Of a stretch of DNA of 64,000 nt, positions 12,273 through 26,256 are shown one piece after another. The notes beneath the pieces are model-generated. The model searched no databases. It saw only the letters and a program-made list of their open reading frames with translations, and had not been told where the DNA came from. Source of the DNA: Zootoca vivipara (taxonomy: Eukaryota); assembly GCF_963506605.1 (NCBI RefSeq), contig NC_083278.1, positions 68,572,001-68,636,000 on the forward strand. The letters run 5' to 3'. Every line of letters begins with the position of its first letter. Position 1 is the first letter of the stretch. The translations under genes were made by a program, and so were the position numbers.

Positions 12273-14169
12273 TTAATTACTTTGAGGGACTTTGGAAGCA
12301 CAAGAAGGAATGACTGACAATGATGAACCAAATTTGGTGGTGGGGAGGGGGGCATTTAATTGAAATCCCACATGGCATTTATGCCATGTCTTCTGCTGAA
12401 GTTCATTCAGATGTACTATGAGTTGAAAAGTGAAAACCAATGAAGAAGTGTGATGATAGTGCAAAACCTAGAGCATCATTTCAGTATGCATTAGTTGAGG
12501 GAGGGGGAAACAATTTTTAGTCACATAAATGTTACCATTATTTGCCTGGTGTTCAAAGTACAAAAGTGACCTTTCAGAGTAATTGGAGCTGCTTTAATAT
12601 GTCTACTTCTACACCCTCCCAGCCAGTATTACAGTATTATAAGGCAAATAAAGAGAAGAATAATGAAAATTATTTTTAATTTAGTTATGCTTACTTTAAT
12701 ATCTCAGGAAATAACCTGACAGGGGACATGCATTTTATTATAGCATATAAACTGTTGTGTATCTCTGTTTGGAACAGCTGGATATTTCAGTTCATGTATT
12801 CCAGTGTATACTGATTGTTAGTTCTACTTTCCTGGATGCTCAAGAAACACCTCTTAGCATATTTGTCAACACTCATATCAAAACAACATTGATATCAACC
12901 AACTGCAGCATGCCAAGAGGAGAACAACAAAGATTATTATAAGACCATGTCTTGCAGAAATGGTTGAAGTGAAAACAAGTGAGAGGCAATCTTCAAATAC
13001 TCTCATAGATGCTGGACCAAATTTGTTTTCTTTTGCTCTAGTGGGTAGGCCCTAAACCAAGCAGTGTAAAATTACAAGGGGATTTCTACTAAGAACTTCC
13101 TGATGGTATGTTGTACACATTCTGTCTTGGAAGATTGAGGATTCTCTCATGGTAAGTTTGTAAGCAACTATCAAGGCTGCTGTAGTATTAGAGCGCCTAC
13201 ACAATGAACGGCACTCACTCCTGAACTTTGGAAACAGAGGACATATGTCTGTGCATGCACATGTATATATTATATACACACAGACATGCTGTATAAATAT
13301 ATTAATTTTAAAAAATAGATTGTATAAATTATGTCAAAACTGATTCTTCTTACAGTTGACGTAGACAGATTCTCTTATTTCTGAATAATCTTTTGTTGCT
13401 GAAAGTTCTCCTCAAGTTAAGACAATCATCCCCCAGGTTTTATTTCCTTAAAGTTATATCCCATCTTTCCTCCCAAAGGAGCCCTGGGTGGTAATAAGTG
13501 ACCAAGAAAAGTGAGTTTTCCCAGTTTATCTTTACGGTTTTGTAGTGAATCTTTTTTAAGGGTAAGGGAAGGCAGCATAGCAGAGTATATTGGAGTAGTG
13601 TGAAATAATTAATACATCAAACTGTCTAAATCATTAAGAGGTTATCCCTCTGGCTAATTAACAAATCTATTAACAGTTAGTGACTTGTCCATTAACAAGT
13701 TGATTTCCTTCCTACAGGAAGGAATTTCAGCTGGATTTCACACTCCAACTGCACTACTCCAGCAACTCTTTACCGATCTTGGCATTGATCTGTCAGTCAG
13801 CCATCTAAAGGACTTCATCCAACAAGAGTTCTTCATCTGTCATCCTTCCCAGTCATGCTTTTAGTGCACTGAATAAAGGCCCTGTCCCTGTTAAAGCATT
13901 ACCACATTCCTCTCTCCTGCCAGTAGACTTAGCAGATAAAATAGGATGAATTTACAGGAAGAATAAATGTATGAAGTGCTTTGATTGATTAGATGTCTCC
14001 TGATACGTCTGGTCATTTTGAGGCTATGATGATCAGTAGTGAAAGCACGAGAACCACCATTAATAAACTGTATTGAGTGTAGGCCTGCAGCAGGTTCTGA
14101 ACCATATGCTTAAAAAAAGCTTGTCTTGGCATACACATCATTCTAGAATGCCAAAATATTGGTACACAT

Positions 14170-14503
14170 AAAAGGTAAAGGGACCCCTGACAGTTAAGTC
14201 CAGCCGTGGATGACTCTGGAGCTGCGGCACTCATCTCGCCGGCGTTTGTCCGCAGACAGCTTCTGGGTCATGTGGCTAGCCTGACTAAGCCGCTTCTGGT
14301 GAACCAGAGCAGCACATGGAAACACCGTTTACCTTCCCGTCAGAGTGGTACCTATTTATCTACTTGCACTTTGACTTGCTTTCGAACTGCTAGGTTGGCA
14401 GGAGCTGGGATCGAACAACGGGAGCTCACCCCGTCGCAGGGATTCGAACCACCGACCTTCCTATCAGCAAGCCCTAGGCTCTGTGGTTTAGACCACAATG
14501 CCA
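14170..14503 (-). mobile_element. Sauria (Squam1) SINE
   Basis: aaaggtaaagggacccctg tail (reverse of (ACCTTT)n), conserved body, B box ggttcgaatc on the minus strand. Confidence 0.92.
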
Positions 14504-15214
14504 AATGCATCCAGCTTATGTTTCAATTGGAGAAGTGCTTAAGTGCAAGTAAAATTATCAGCAAATATATCAGCTCCTTCTGCAGAAACACATGCATGAT
14601 GTACAAACTTGAATATTTTTAGACAACTAGTTCAGATCAGGTATTCTTTATATTACAAGCCAGCAGATCCACTTTTCAAGCCTAAATTGTTGTTGTTTGG
14701 AATTACTTGCTTACAAGTAGGAAAGACCAGGCTGGGCATGGTTCTAGTTAAAGCCTTAGTGTCAGCTGGAGTCAACAAATAAAGAGTTTCCCCTCTCAAG
14801 GAAACCTTAATATTTATCCTAACCTATTTTGAAGATGATATCAAAGCACATGGAACAGAAGAAGGTAACAATAACCACCACCCCAAACCAGGAAACAATC
14901 TTTCTTTGTTCCACATTTCTTATATTTTAATTCACACACAACCTGCCACTAGAAGCTACATGGTGGCAATTCCACACAGGAAGCCATTTGAACAGATGTC
15001 TACTTACATGGCTTGGGTATTTTTACCCTGACATAACCACTTTGGGGTGTGTGTGTGTGTTGGGCTGCCATGGTTGAAAAACTGCAGCTCAGCCACATTA
15101 GGAACTGCTCCCATGGTATTACCTCTTCCTTGGGGATACTTAGATGCCTTTCACAAGACCACAAAATGGCTCATACTGAAACCACCGCTAAAATAGAGCT
15201 TTAAATTATCTGGG

Positions 15215-15286
15215 GGTGATAGGGATAGAACCTGGAACCTTGTACAGGCAAAGCTTGTGCTCTATCATTGCGTTATGACCCCTCCC
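15215..15286 (-). mobile_element. tRNA-derived SINE head, degraded
   Basis: gggatagaacctggaaccttgtacaggcaaagc...gctctatcattgcgttatg resembles the reverse of a tRNA-like A/B-box head. Confidence 0.45.
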
Positions 15287-15764
15287 ACCCATTTACCATC
15301 ACTGAAATTTTCCTTCTGCAGATGATGCATTAATGTTGCCTTTACAATCTGACAAACCCTAACAGCCATAAACTGCTACCACGGGCATGTTTGCACTTTC
15401 CTTACATACATTAAACTACTGCAAAAAACAAGAATGTCATTATCTAACTCTCACACCCCATATATTTGTAGATCTGCTATTCCTAAAATTTATTGCAGTA
15501 TAAATTCCTATTTTCTTAACTAATGAGCCAAATCAAGCAATTTATTGACAGACAAGTAGCCCAAATGACTAATACCGTCTATTTTCTACTATTTTAGCTT
15601 CATTTCAACCTTATTTATCTTCATTTCACACACACACAAAATCAATCCAAACATTTAATAATAAAAAAAGGAATTTTAAAAGCAGAGCAGCTAAAACAAG
15701 CAGCAGGGAAAGAACTAATGATGGGACTACCTTATCCTGTAAAAACATATTGTGGTATACCAGC

Positions 15765-16530
15765 ACTCTTTTCCCCTCCTGAAATTTCCAGCTACTGGTA
15801 TTCAGAAACATACTGCCTCTGACTGTGGAGGTAGAGTACAGCCGTTGTGGCCGGTAGCCATTGATAGCCTTATTCTCCATGACTTTGTCTATTCCTCTTT
15901 CAAACCCCTCCAAGTTGGTGGCCATCACTGCCTCCCCATGAGAGCAAGTTCTACAGTTTAATTATGCACTGGCAAAGAAATACTTCATTTTATCTGTCCT
16001 GAATCTTCTAACATTCAGCATCATTGAATGGCCACAAGTTTTGGTGCTATAAGAGAGGGAGAAAAGCTTATCTCTATCGACATTCTCCATGCCATGCATA
16101 ATTTCATACACTTCCATCATGTCTCCTCTTACTCAAATTTTCTCTAAACTATAAGACCCCAAATGATGTAAACTTTCTCCATAGGGGAGTTCTTTCATCC
16201 CCTTCATCATTTCGATTACCCCTTTCTGAACCTTCTCCAGCTCCTTTTCGTTGGGAGGTAACCAGAACTTTACACAATATTCCAAATGTGGTTAAACCAG
16301 AGATTGGTATTACAGCATTATGATCTTAGCACTTCAATTTTGCTTTCCCCCCCCCCAAGCCGTTACACACTGGGTCAACATCTACCCTGAGGTATGCATT
16401 ATGATCTCACAGCCTTGCTGCTGGTCAGTCACTGCCAGCTCAGACTCCATGTGAAATGAAGAATTCCCCCCCCTCCCAGCAAATGCATCACTTATTTATA
16501 TGGAATTACGCTTGCCATTTTACCCCCCAT
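15765..16530 (-). mobile_element. Old CR1 LINE 3' fragment
   Basis: tagccattgatagccttattctccatgactttgtctattcctctttcaaacc...aagaaatacttc...tctgtcctgaatct...ctctaaactataagacccc: reverse of the CR1 ORF2 end and UTR. Confidence 0.75.
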
Positions 16531-19500
16531 TCTTTTCTGTTTCAACCCTCTGACATGAATTCTCTGGTTCTGCCATCTTCAGTTACAGGGATATTTGTCC
16601 TATATTGTCACCAGATACACAGGAAGAGGGGAAAGCATGCTATGCGGTGAATAGCCCCCTAGAAGGGGGAAAGCTGATAGGACTGGGGAGAGTTTGACTC
16701 TGGTCATTCCACTGTTCTAGAAAAAGCACTGATTATTAAGGTCTGCTATAGCGAGTGTAGACTTGGTAGAATAGGTGATAAATACAGTAAACAAAATAGC
16801 AAGAAAGCTGAAGGAAGCGGGGGGGGGAGTGGATGGAAATAGATGCAACTGCATCAGAAGTAAAGAGGCTTGAGCAAAACAAGGAAGAAAAGAGGTTCCT
16901 GGGTATGAGAGGAAGGGGAAAATAGGAATGTAGCTCCAAGAGGGATCAGCCAGTAGCTTAGGTGTAGCAAATTATAAATTTGCAAGGGCACACAGAATCT
17001 ACCCAGAAAAGAAACTCACTGAACAGTCCATTATTTTAGCTGCCTGGCAAGGAAGTGGCTTTCTTCTCTCAGATATAAATCTCAAAACCATATAGTTAAA
17101 CACACCTCTCAGTATCAAGGACTGAAACAGCAGCTATTAAGCATTTTCAGTTTTATTCTTAAAATTAATTTACCTCTGCAAACAAAACCCCACTGAAGGC
17201 AGACAATCTATCAGTTTGCCATTTATTCTTAGGCTACTTTTAGACTGCACCTGTAAGACATACCATCAATCACATAATATAGAGAAGAACAACAAAAGTA
17301 TTAAGATTACTGATCAAATGTGCACCACAAATCTACCGGGGCCAGCAGCGGTTTATCCCATACTGAAATGTTTCTTAAAGAGAAAGAAAGAAATATTTAA
17401 GAACACAAAAAAAAGCATTAGTTCCCTACACAGTTCGTTTACAGCTTGAACTATTGAAGTGGAGTTGAGAAGCAAGTGCTCCATCGCTCTCAGAGGCACA
17501 GGCCAACCCTCCCAACCCAGGGACCTCCAGATAAATGAGCTGGCTGTGGCTGATGGGAGACGCACTCCAAAACTTCCAGAAGGGTCCAGGTGGTAGAAGG
17601 CTGATATAGGAAAAGAAACTAATGCTCAGTGTGCAATATAGTCGTTGTTTTCATCCGACACAAGTACGAATATGGGGATATATATTTTATTTGGCATTCT
17701 TTAAGATGTAAAAAAAAAAAAAGCGTTGCACATTTCTCATCCAGCTAGATTTCATTTCAGCTTCCAGAAATAATGGAACAAAACCCAGCGTGAAACTCTA
17801 GTTAAGAGTACTCTGACTATAGAACATGAAATCCTATTTGGAAATGAAAATATTGGAAGGCAAATGTTAACTCTTGCTACAGGACCAGGTTTGCCTACAT
17901 ATGCATCAAGGGGCTCAAATTCTTAGTGATCTCAAGATTTTTGAGCGGGGGGGTGGGGGTGGACCATATACAAAGACACATTCACATTACGAAAAAATGT
18001 TTTATCAACAACAGTACATAAGTTCTTGCTGTTAAGATGGGGTTTAAACACTTTTCAATAGATCTCTTTCAGCTGCCATAAAAATGGAAAAGGTTGGCTC
18101 CAGCCTGGTGGTTAGATGCAGTAACTAATGGTCTTGATTTGTAAGACTTAAGAGGTTTTCCTATAATCTGCCAACAAGGGCTGGGAATGCAGACTATAAT
18201 CCTCACCCTACCTATCTGGGAGGAAGCGCCATTGAAGACAATTTTTTCTTGCTTCTGAGTAGACATGGTTAGGGCTACACTTCTAGTTCACAAAAATTGT
18301 GTGGATTAGTAAACCAATGCATGCCAGCTAGCCCACATATTATCTATGTCAGTCACAGTGGTAGATATTTATTTGTATTATTATTGTATTATGATTTTTA
18401 AGTTATGAATCCTCACATTTTTGCTATATGCTCGCTTGAGGCATACATTCTGTGTGCTGCCTTCTTAAAATGTCTTACATTAGAAGATTAAATAGGTTTA
18501 TTAAATAAATAAAATAGATGCAATGAAGCTGCTTTACCCTTGCTTTGTGCAACAGTTTCCCCACTGCAACGCTGCAAGCCATATAGTGAGTATGGACTGC
18601 AGTGCTATCACAAGACCCGCTATGCAGTACTTTTAACAGTCAACTTCAATTTAACTGAAGAAGTTCCTCCACTGCTAAGGCTGTGAAGGCAGAACCAAAA
18701 TGTTTCGTCAGCCTTCAAGAATGACAACTTTGTCAGTACTAGTAGATTCCGTCTGAAACCTCTAATTACCCTTAAGAACCTGTCCCATGCTGCATGTAGC
18801 TATCTTTGGAGAAACAGAAAAGTGCCCAAAGCAAACACTTAATAGGTCACTGTGTCAAATATTGTTAGCACCAGGTTCCCCAGGGACTTGGTCATCAATC
18901 TGATTCTTAAGAACAGTGTGACAGTATTCCTTGTGTGCCGACATGAACAAGGGATCCTAGTGGACAGTTAACACACACCACAACAGCAGCAGCAGCAGCC
19001 TCAATTACCTCCTTTATGCTTTTTGCCAGGAATGTCAATAAAGATAGAAGAGGCTGGGGAAACTGCACCTTATCTAAGAAAAAAGATCCATTCTGAGGTT
19101 GAAGTCACATTTTTGATTAAGGTGGGAGGAAAGATTCCACCCTTTCTGCATTGACACTAAGACCCTGTGACAAAACTAATGACAATGCAGAGAACACACT
19201 CCGATACTTTTGCAAATCACAGTTCATAAAGGAATGGCTATTTTGTACTGCACCACAAACTGGGGCCATCCATGTACCAACCCCAGCCCCCCTATTCAAA
19301 TGATCATAAGTTCTCCATTTTATGCAGGGCAGATATCAGACAGGCCAATCTACGTGTGTTTAATTGGAAGTAAGTTCCATTATGTTCAGTGGGGCTGGAA
19401 AGTGCTTTTAGGATTTGCAGCATCACTAATTAGGAACTGTACTGGATAAACAAATCAAAATAATTGAGTGCCATTGTGATGCTGCAATTAACACCACACA

Positions 19501-21229
19501 CAAACATTTAAAAAAAGGAAGTTGTGCTTTACTAGGGAAGATTCCAGCAGACCCTTTTTACAAACCACGAAAACACTGTATCCAAACTGCTTATTTGAAG
19601 AAGCCCCTTTTTAAGTACCACCCTTTCAACTAAAGCTTCAAAAGAAAATATCTTAAGTGGTCTAAACATTGTATCATTTGCCACAGTCCTTAAAACAGTA
19701 ATTTATGCCCAGAGAGTCTGTTGGTAAATTTCTGTACTGCACTGTAACAAAGGAAAGGTAATGCATAATTATTCTTCTAAATTAATAGAGAGCACTTGTA
19801 GAGCATTTTCTTACTAGATGGCACATTTACTGCAAAGTACATAATTTCAGAATGACAGGGTTTTTTTGTCAAAGGGATTTTATTGTTACAGGTTCAAATC
19901 TTTATTCTATAAAATTATGTAACTGTTTAGAAACATTGTAATTACAATGTCAGAGAAAAGACTGGGAATGTATTTTGAACACTTTGAGAAACAGTTTGAG
20001 AATACATATTGGCCCCCTCACCCAGATGTGTCTCGTCCATTTCTTTTCTATTTAGGTTTCTTAATTATCTGTCATCAACATTCGTTTTTCTACAAATAAA
20101 TGACAAAACTTAGGAGGTGCTACATATACCACACATATACAGACTTACATACAAACTCACACAAACTTAATTATATGGAAAACATTTCTCAATCAAGTCC
20201 CTGAAACAATCTCAAGTTGTTGCACAACTTGTTGAGTTGTGCAAAGCCACACCCTAGGCCTTGCACACCTATGGAAATCTCCTACAGTACTGTGTATATC
20301 CACAGAAATACTTGTGGTAAATTCTTAAATGTAAAATATTTTTTCTTTGTATCCACATTAAAAACTCATTCTGAAAATCACAAGATTTTGCTGCCATCTG
20401 TTACATCCTGGGTATGCTGAATCAAAAATAAAGCTACACACATATTCACAAAGTGAAATGGCATGTATATACCTAAAAAAGAATAGTGTCAAGTTTCTGT
20501 TTCAGAACAAATAGTCAATGTGCCAATTTTTTATCAAAATATTTGTGGGGAAAGTATGGATGCGTCCAAACATTTAAGGTGAAATTTGCATTTAACACCT
20601 TCAAAAATGTGTAAGACGCACTTGGGCACGACAGTTTTCACAGTGGCAGTGGCAGTGCGAGAGGAAAAAGGAGAAGAGGCAAATAACATCAGAAATAGAA
20701 TGTGATTCCATAAGTTAAAATCACCACGACCATTAACACAACAATCTTATGTTATAATCCTATCATACCGTAGAAGGGTCTTTGACCCAGCAGAGGCTTC
20801 TGTGAACAGAAGGGGGGAGGGGTGTTTTGGTTTTTTTGGCAACATTTTCCTTTCCCCATGCTGTTCCAAAGGGTTTCCCAAAGTCTGAAGGGATTTTCCA
20901 GGAGGGCCCATTTTGATTGGGCTGCAAACGATCTGGGAAATTATACCTTCGTCCCCCTTCTGTTCACAGAATCTTTTCCTGGATCCAAAGCCTTCTGAGA
21001 CTGGGAGGACACAAGTGAAGGGCATCTACCTACCTCATAATCTGAAGAAAAACTTCCTTCCACAGCAGATTCAAGGAAAACTAACCTGTAACACACAACC
21101 CTCAGGTGCTTTCCAAAGAAATCTGTCCACAGAGGCACCTTTTTATGTGCACATATAAAAGCCTAGGGCGTTCCCAAACTGAGCTAGGGTCTGAGGAAGA
21201 GAAAAAGAAAGCACATGTGTTGCTGCCTC

Positions 21230-21282
<53 letters not shown>
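21230..21282. repeat. (GATA)13 microsatellite
   Basis: Direct reading. Confidence 0.95.
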
Positions 21283-21542
21283 GTGGGTTTAAGCCTTAGG
21301 GATACCAAGAGAAACAGTTACCCTTTTAATTGCATTATAAAACTCCTGTTGTGAGCTTAAAACTAATTACATTTGCTCCAACTTCCCCATATGGTGAGAT
21401 GTTACAGGGGTGCAGCACTTACTCAAATATGATTACCTTAAAAGGTGGTCACTTGGAGCTTTTAAAACTAAAACTAAAATAATAATCAATATTATAATAA
21501 TAATTGATTGATTTACAAATACTGTATACAGACTGAGGGTAA

Positions 21543-21859
21543 AGGTAAAGGGACCCCTGACCGTTAGGTCCAGTCGCGGACGACTCTGGGCTTGCGGCGC
21601 TCATCTTGCTTTACTAGCCGAGGGAGCCAGCGTACAGCTTCCGCGTCATGTGGCCAGTATGACTAAGCCACTTCTGGCGAACCAGAGCAGCACACGGAAA
21701 CGCTGCTTACCTTCCCGTCGGAGCGGTACCTATTTATCTACTTGCACTTTTGACGTGCTTTCGAACTGCTAGGTTGGCAGGAGCAGGGACCAAGCAACGG
21801 GAGCTCACCCCGTCGCGGGGATTCGAACCGCCGACCTTCTGATCAGCAAGCCCTAGGCA
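21543..21859 (-). mobile_element. Sauria (Squam1) SINE, young, slightly 5'-truncated
   Basis: CpG-retaining copy; 11-bp TSD actgagggtaa (21532-21542, 21860-21870). Confidence 0.93.
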
Positions 21860-22276
21860 ACTGAGGGTAAGTGGAGATTTAAACACTTAGGTAACAGCCA
21901 AATCCACTACCCATCCGATCTTCAGAGAACGACACTCCTGCATCCCCACATGCTGTTAGTTTACAGAGCCCCAAAACATAAGTTCCCCCCACTCTAAAAC
22001 TGCAAGCTGTTTCCTTTGTTTTCCCCCTTCTTTCTCTCTCTTTAGCACTCTCTCTCACACACCATCTTTTAGGACCCTTTAGATATTTCCTAGCTATTCA
22101 AAAGCATCCCTTGAGCATTTAGGAAGTTATCCACCTAGCAGAAGCTGGTAGTGTTGCCACTGATTGAACAACATTTGCCATCTTTCTTGCCCCATTCATC
22201 TTCCCTGTCCAAGTCTCCAAACTTACAACAAGGGAATAAACCCTTAAAACAGAAAGCACCCAAAATGTCGGTAAAA

Positions 22277-22340
22277 CTACTACTTCTTTAGCGATCACTC
22301 GTAGCCGAGTAAGATTGTCTTCCATAAACACGGTTTTAAC
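22277..22340 (-). mobile_element. Very short 3' end of an RTE-type LINE
   Basis: tacttctttagcgatcactcgtagccgagtaagattgtcttccataaacacggttttaac resembles the reverse of a lizard RTE 3' terminus (recalled, not searched). Confidence 0.5.
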
Positions 22341-22689
22341 TCTAATGCCATGATGGGAGAAAATTATTTTTTATTCAAAAGGTCCTTCATATAAACACAT
22401 TCTTAGCGCACTCTGATGTCTCATCTGTCTTTGTCTCCGACTTCAGTCCTTTTCTTGTCTGTGCTCACTTTAAGCTCTTATACAGCTAGACAGACCGTAA
22501 GCTTTGTCTCTGCTGCCTGGATTGAGCCCTTGCGTTTAAATGGTTGTTCTGTTGCCCAGGACGCTGCCTGAAGAATCTCCCAGAGGAATTAATGGCTGGC
22601 AGCTACAGGAGCGTTATCATGTTTATGGCCCATAGCACAATCAATGAAAATCAATTGGCCGATAATTGCATTCCATCAAATTAAATTGT

Positions 22690-22795
22690 GGAGGAGTAGA
22701 TCTCTCAAGGGACTGGAAATGAGATGTGGGGCCTTTCACCTTTAGGTCAGCCACTACAAACACAGCCCCAGTCAATAATGACTGAAAGTCATTAC
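22690..22795 (+). mobile_element. LF-SINE 5' fragment
   Basis: gcctttcacctttaggtca...cagccccagtcaataatgactgaaagtcattac aligns by eye with the LF-SINE head GCCTTTCACCTCTAGGTCA...CAGCCCAGGTCGGTAGTGACCGAAAGTCGTTAC. Confidence 0.7.
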
Positions 22796-25310
22796 TGTTG
22801 TGTTAGTAAAAAAGACTAATGTTAAGCTTTGCTACAACACCACTTATTGTAGCACAACCTCAGACTCTGCCAGGAAGACCCTGAGCATTGACTTGTGAAT
22901 CTTCTAGCTCCGATAGTATTGTTGCACTTTATCCAAAGTAAGAGCAACCCACATCCTATCATCCATGCTAATTGTGTGCTCCCAAACAGCTCGTCCTCAC
23001 AACCTCCAGGAACAGCTTTGCACACTTACTGCAATGTCATAGTACTCGCTGGACTATGCAACAACCTTTCCTTTTGTGCTGGGCTTAATCTTGAATCTTA
23101 TACATGTGAGCATTTTGCCATACATTCTATCCTACATTCTATCTTTGGGAGTAGTTTGCTCATCTAATCTATACGGCTCAGTGTCTGAAAAGTATGTGTG
23201 GGTGGGTATCTTGAAAAGTGACATTATGTTGGGCTGCTGCAAAAAGCTAAAGGTTAAAGCAAAATCCAAGGATACAATGAGAGCCTGGACTAAATTCAAC
23301 TACACCTGCTCTCACAGAGTTTTGTAGGCTTGCAGCTATTGCACAAGCATTATGCAGAAGGAATTTGGCACCTTTAATTTCTTGTCTCAGTTAAATCAGG
23401 GGAAAATACAATATGCTAACATTCAGAGAAGCAAATAATTAAAATTCATCCGCCGAGACATTGTTTTATTCAAAAAGACGTAGGCTATGTTTTGGAGGAC
23501 ATTCCAATATATTCACCTTCCCAGAGGAAGCAAAAAACTTCATTAGTTCCTGGATTACAGAAAGTGTTACAGAAATAAATTCTTTTAGTGTGCGGTAAAT
23601 CATCTCAAATAATTAGATGACTTAAAATTGAATTCCCTGGTTGTAGTTTGAAAGTGTATTAAAGATTCTTTTTTCTACTATATATTTGTTTCATACAGAT
23701 TCTCCCAGCATGTACACTGCAGGTTTATTCACCTGCATTTGGTGCAGGGCTGGTTTTACTGCAAAAAGCACATTTCTGTTGTTGTCTCATCTCCTTTTGG
23801 GATGCTTATGCACATTTACCGCTAGCTTATCCTCACTATTGTGTCTTTCATGCGAGAATATTGTGCAAGAGCCATATTCAGAATTGGGTGCAGACCTCAT
23901 TATCTTAACAATTTCAGGGCTTCTGTTTTCAAAGCAAGTTTCTAGTCCTGAATGCTGCAAAGCCAGTAGAAAGGATCTGCTTGTGCAGCCTAGCACTACT
24001 CAACACTCAGATTTGCTTAAGTGACAAGAGCTAATAGGACTACAGTACAGAGGACCAAGCATGTTTTCAGGCATGGCAGAATCCAGGGCCCTGGCAACAA
24101 CTTTTTAGTGATATTTATAACTATTGCATAAATAAGAAATCATCAACCTTTACCACAAAACAAAATAAATACCAATAAATAAATGGAATGAATATTCTTA
24201 AGATGTAACCAAGAAAAAACAAAATAAACAGTACATTTCCAGAGTTCCCTTTACCCCATGCAGGGAGCAACTACATATTAATCCATAGCGTATTTGGACT
24301 ATTCATTTAGAAAGTGTTATAAGGATGTATATTAAATATACTATGTATATTATATAGCATTTACTGTATTAAAAAGCTCTTGTACACATTAGAAGCACAA
24401 CTGAACATTTGCTTCATGAATATTGACTGAATTCTTCATTTTCTTTTTGCACTAGATACTTATAAGTATTTATTTACTAAAAGCCTTGTTCCTCACTACC
24501 AAAGTCATTTTTCAGAAAACCACAAAACACTTTGTCATGATTTTTAAACATACTTGTTATTGGCATAAACCAGTTTGATTTCAACTTGATTTATAATACA
24601 GGTTAGATTTCACTGTGAGCTATTCTATTGTGGCTCTTAAAAGCTCTTTCCATTCAAATACAATGCGGAGAGCAAAAGAAGTTACACATAAAAAATAATG
24701 TGCCACTATAATTTTAAAAGATTAATCTCATTCACATTCCATTACCACTACCACCAAAAGATTTATAACATGACTAATACGGGGATTGATTAATTCATCA
24801 GCATCAGGGACATTGTGATCATAATCAATAACATAATTTTACTATTTAAATGGGATTTCAATTAAAGTGCTTCTTTTCAAAGTACTTTTACTTTCTTATC
24901 ATAAAAATTGCTATCTTGCCAAGCAACCACATTAGCTCATTTGATTTCCATGAAGTATGTTTTAAAGAATACTGCCCTATCCAATCACAAAACAAGAAAC
25001 CTCCTTCATGGATCAATAAACTTCCAATACCATTCTTATTCCTTTCAATACGCCAACTTATTCCATTACTCAGAAGTGAGAACAAAAGGCAAACTAAGCA
25101 ATTAACTCTTAGCATATCTAGAAGTGAAAGCAATAGAAGAAAACAAACAAAAGGAGCATGATTATTATCAGCAAGTTCGATTCTATTGAATTAGGGCTTA
25201 TTCAAGACTATGGTCTGGTGCTTAATTTCATCCCGTCTGTTGAGAGTATTAATCAAACTGGCTGTCCGCCAGTTTAGCCTGTGGGGTATTTTCAAAAGTC
25301 TACTCAGGCA

Positions 25311-25653
25311 CATAGCTGCCAAGTTCCGGCCTAATAAGGGACTGGACCGGAAGTAGCAGACCGAAAGTAGCGCTGTCGCCATTTTGGAACTGGGCGGAGC
25401 ATGCTCAGAAGCTACTTTTGATGCTGCTCTGCCCTGTTCCAAAATGGCCGTCGCACCAGAAGTCACGCTGCGGCCATTTTGGAACTGGGCAAGGCAGCAT
25501 CAAAAGTCGCTTCTGAGCATGCTCCGCCCAGTTCCAAAATGGCTGCCGCGCCAGAATAAACCGGGGAAAAACAAAAAAAAATCGTTTTTTTCAGTTGGGG
25601 ACAGCTGGACAAACAGGGGTTTCCCAGGGAATACGGGAGACTTGGCAGCTATG
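25311..25653. mobile_element. hAT MITE with nested internal palindromes
   Basis: 14-bp perfect TIR catagctgccaagt/acttggcagctatg; perfect 8-bp TSD ctcaggca. Confidence 0.92.
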
Positions 25654-26159
25654 CTCAGGCAGCAGGTAGCCCAGCTGAAGAGAAGAGCTACGAAGGTACA
25701 AATCTGCCAGCCCAACTGATAGCGAAAGTAATCCACTCCACTCTTTCACCTTCGAAGACACCCATTAAGGCCCAGGAGCTTTGAAGGCACAGATCCAGCC
25801 AGCCTGAATGGCACTTTCACCTTTGAAGGATGCCTACTTAAATAGCAGGCCCGGCCCAAGAAAGATGGTCTTCTCAGGCCAAAGACTGAAAGTTTAACGG
25901 TGTGGATCAGGTTGGCTGTCATCTAACCCAATCCACACTTTCACATTTCTCTTTTTAAAAACCCAACAATCACCCCTATGATTAAGGCAATTTTTGTTTT
26001 ACTTTACCTGACATTTCACTCCCCCCTCTCCCCGCTTTGTGAGTCAATGATTCTGCTTTTGCACCTCTTGCATTTCATAGCTTTTTGACTCCACTAATTG
26101 CATTTTTTACCTCTCTAGCCATGTATACCTGTCAACTGAATATAAAATTCAATGCGCTA

Positions 26160-26256
26160 GCTGCAGTGGGGCCTAGTCCACAAAAGCTTACGACACAGTA
26201 AATCTGTTAGCCTCTAAATGTGCCACAGGACTCTATTTTGTGTGTTTGCTGTTAAC
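26160..26256 (+). mobile_element. Older Penelope-like terminal repeat fragment
   Basis: gtggggcctagtccacaaaagcttacg...taaatctgttagcctctaaatgtgccacaggactc parallels the 4234 repeat architecture. Confidence 0.6.

Noticed and set aside
18950-18985. Second LF-SINE fragment (tcctagtggacag)
   Set aside because: Match is only ~13 bp; too short to support.
21790-21860. tRNA gene (ggttcgaatc B box)
   Set aside because: It is the tRNA-derived head of a Sauria SINE, with no complete cloverleaf.
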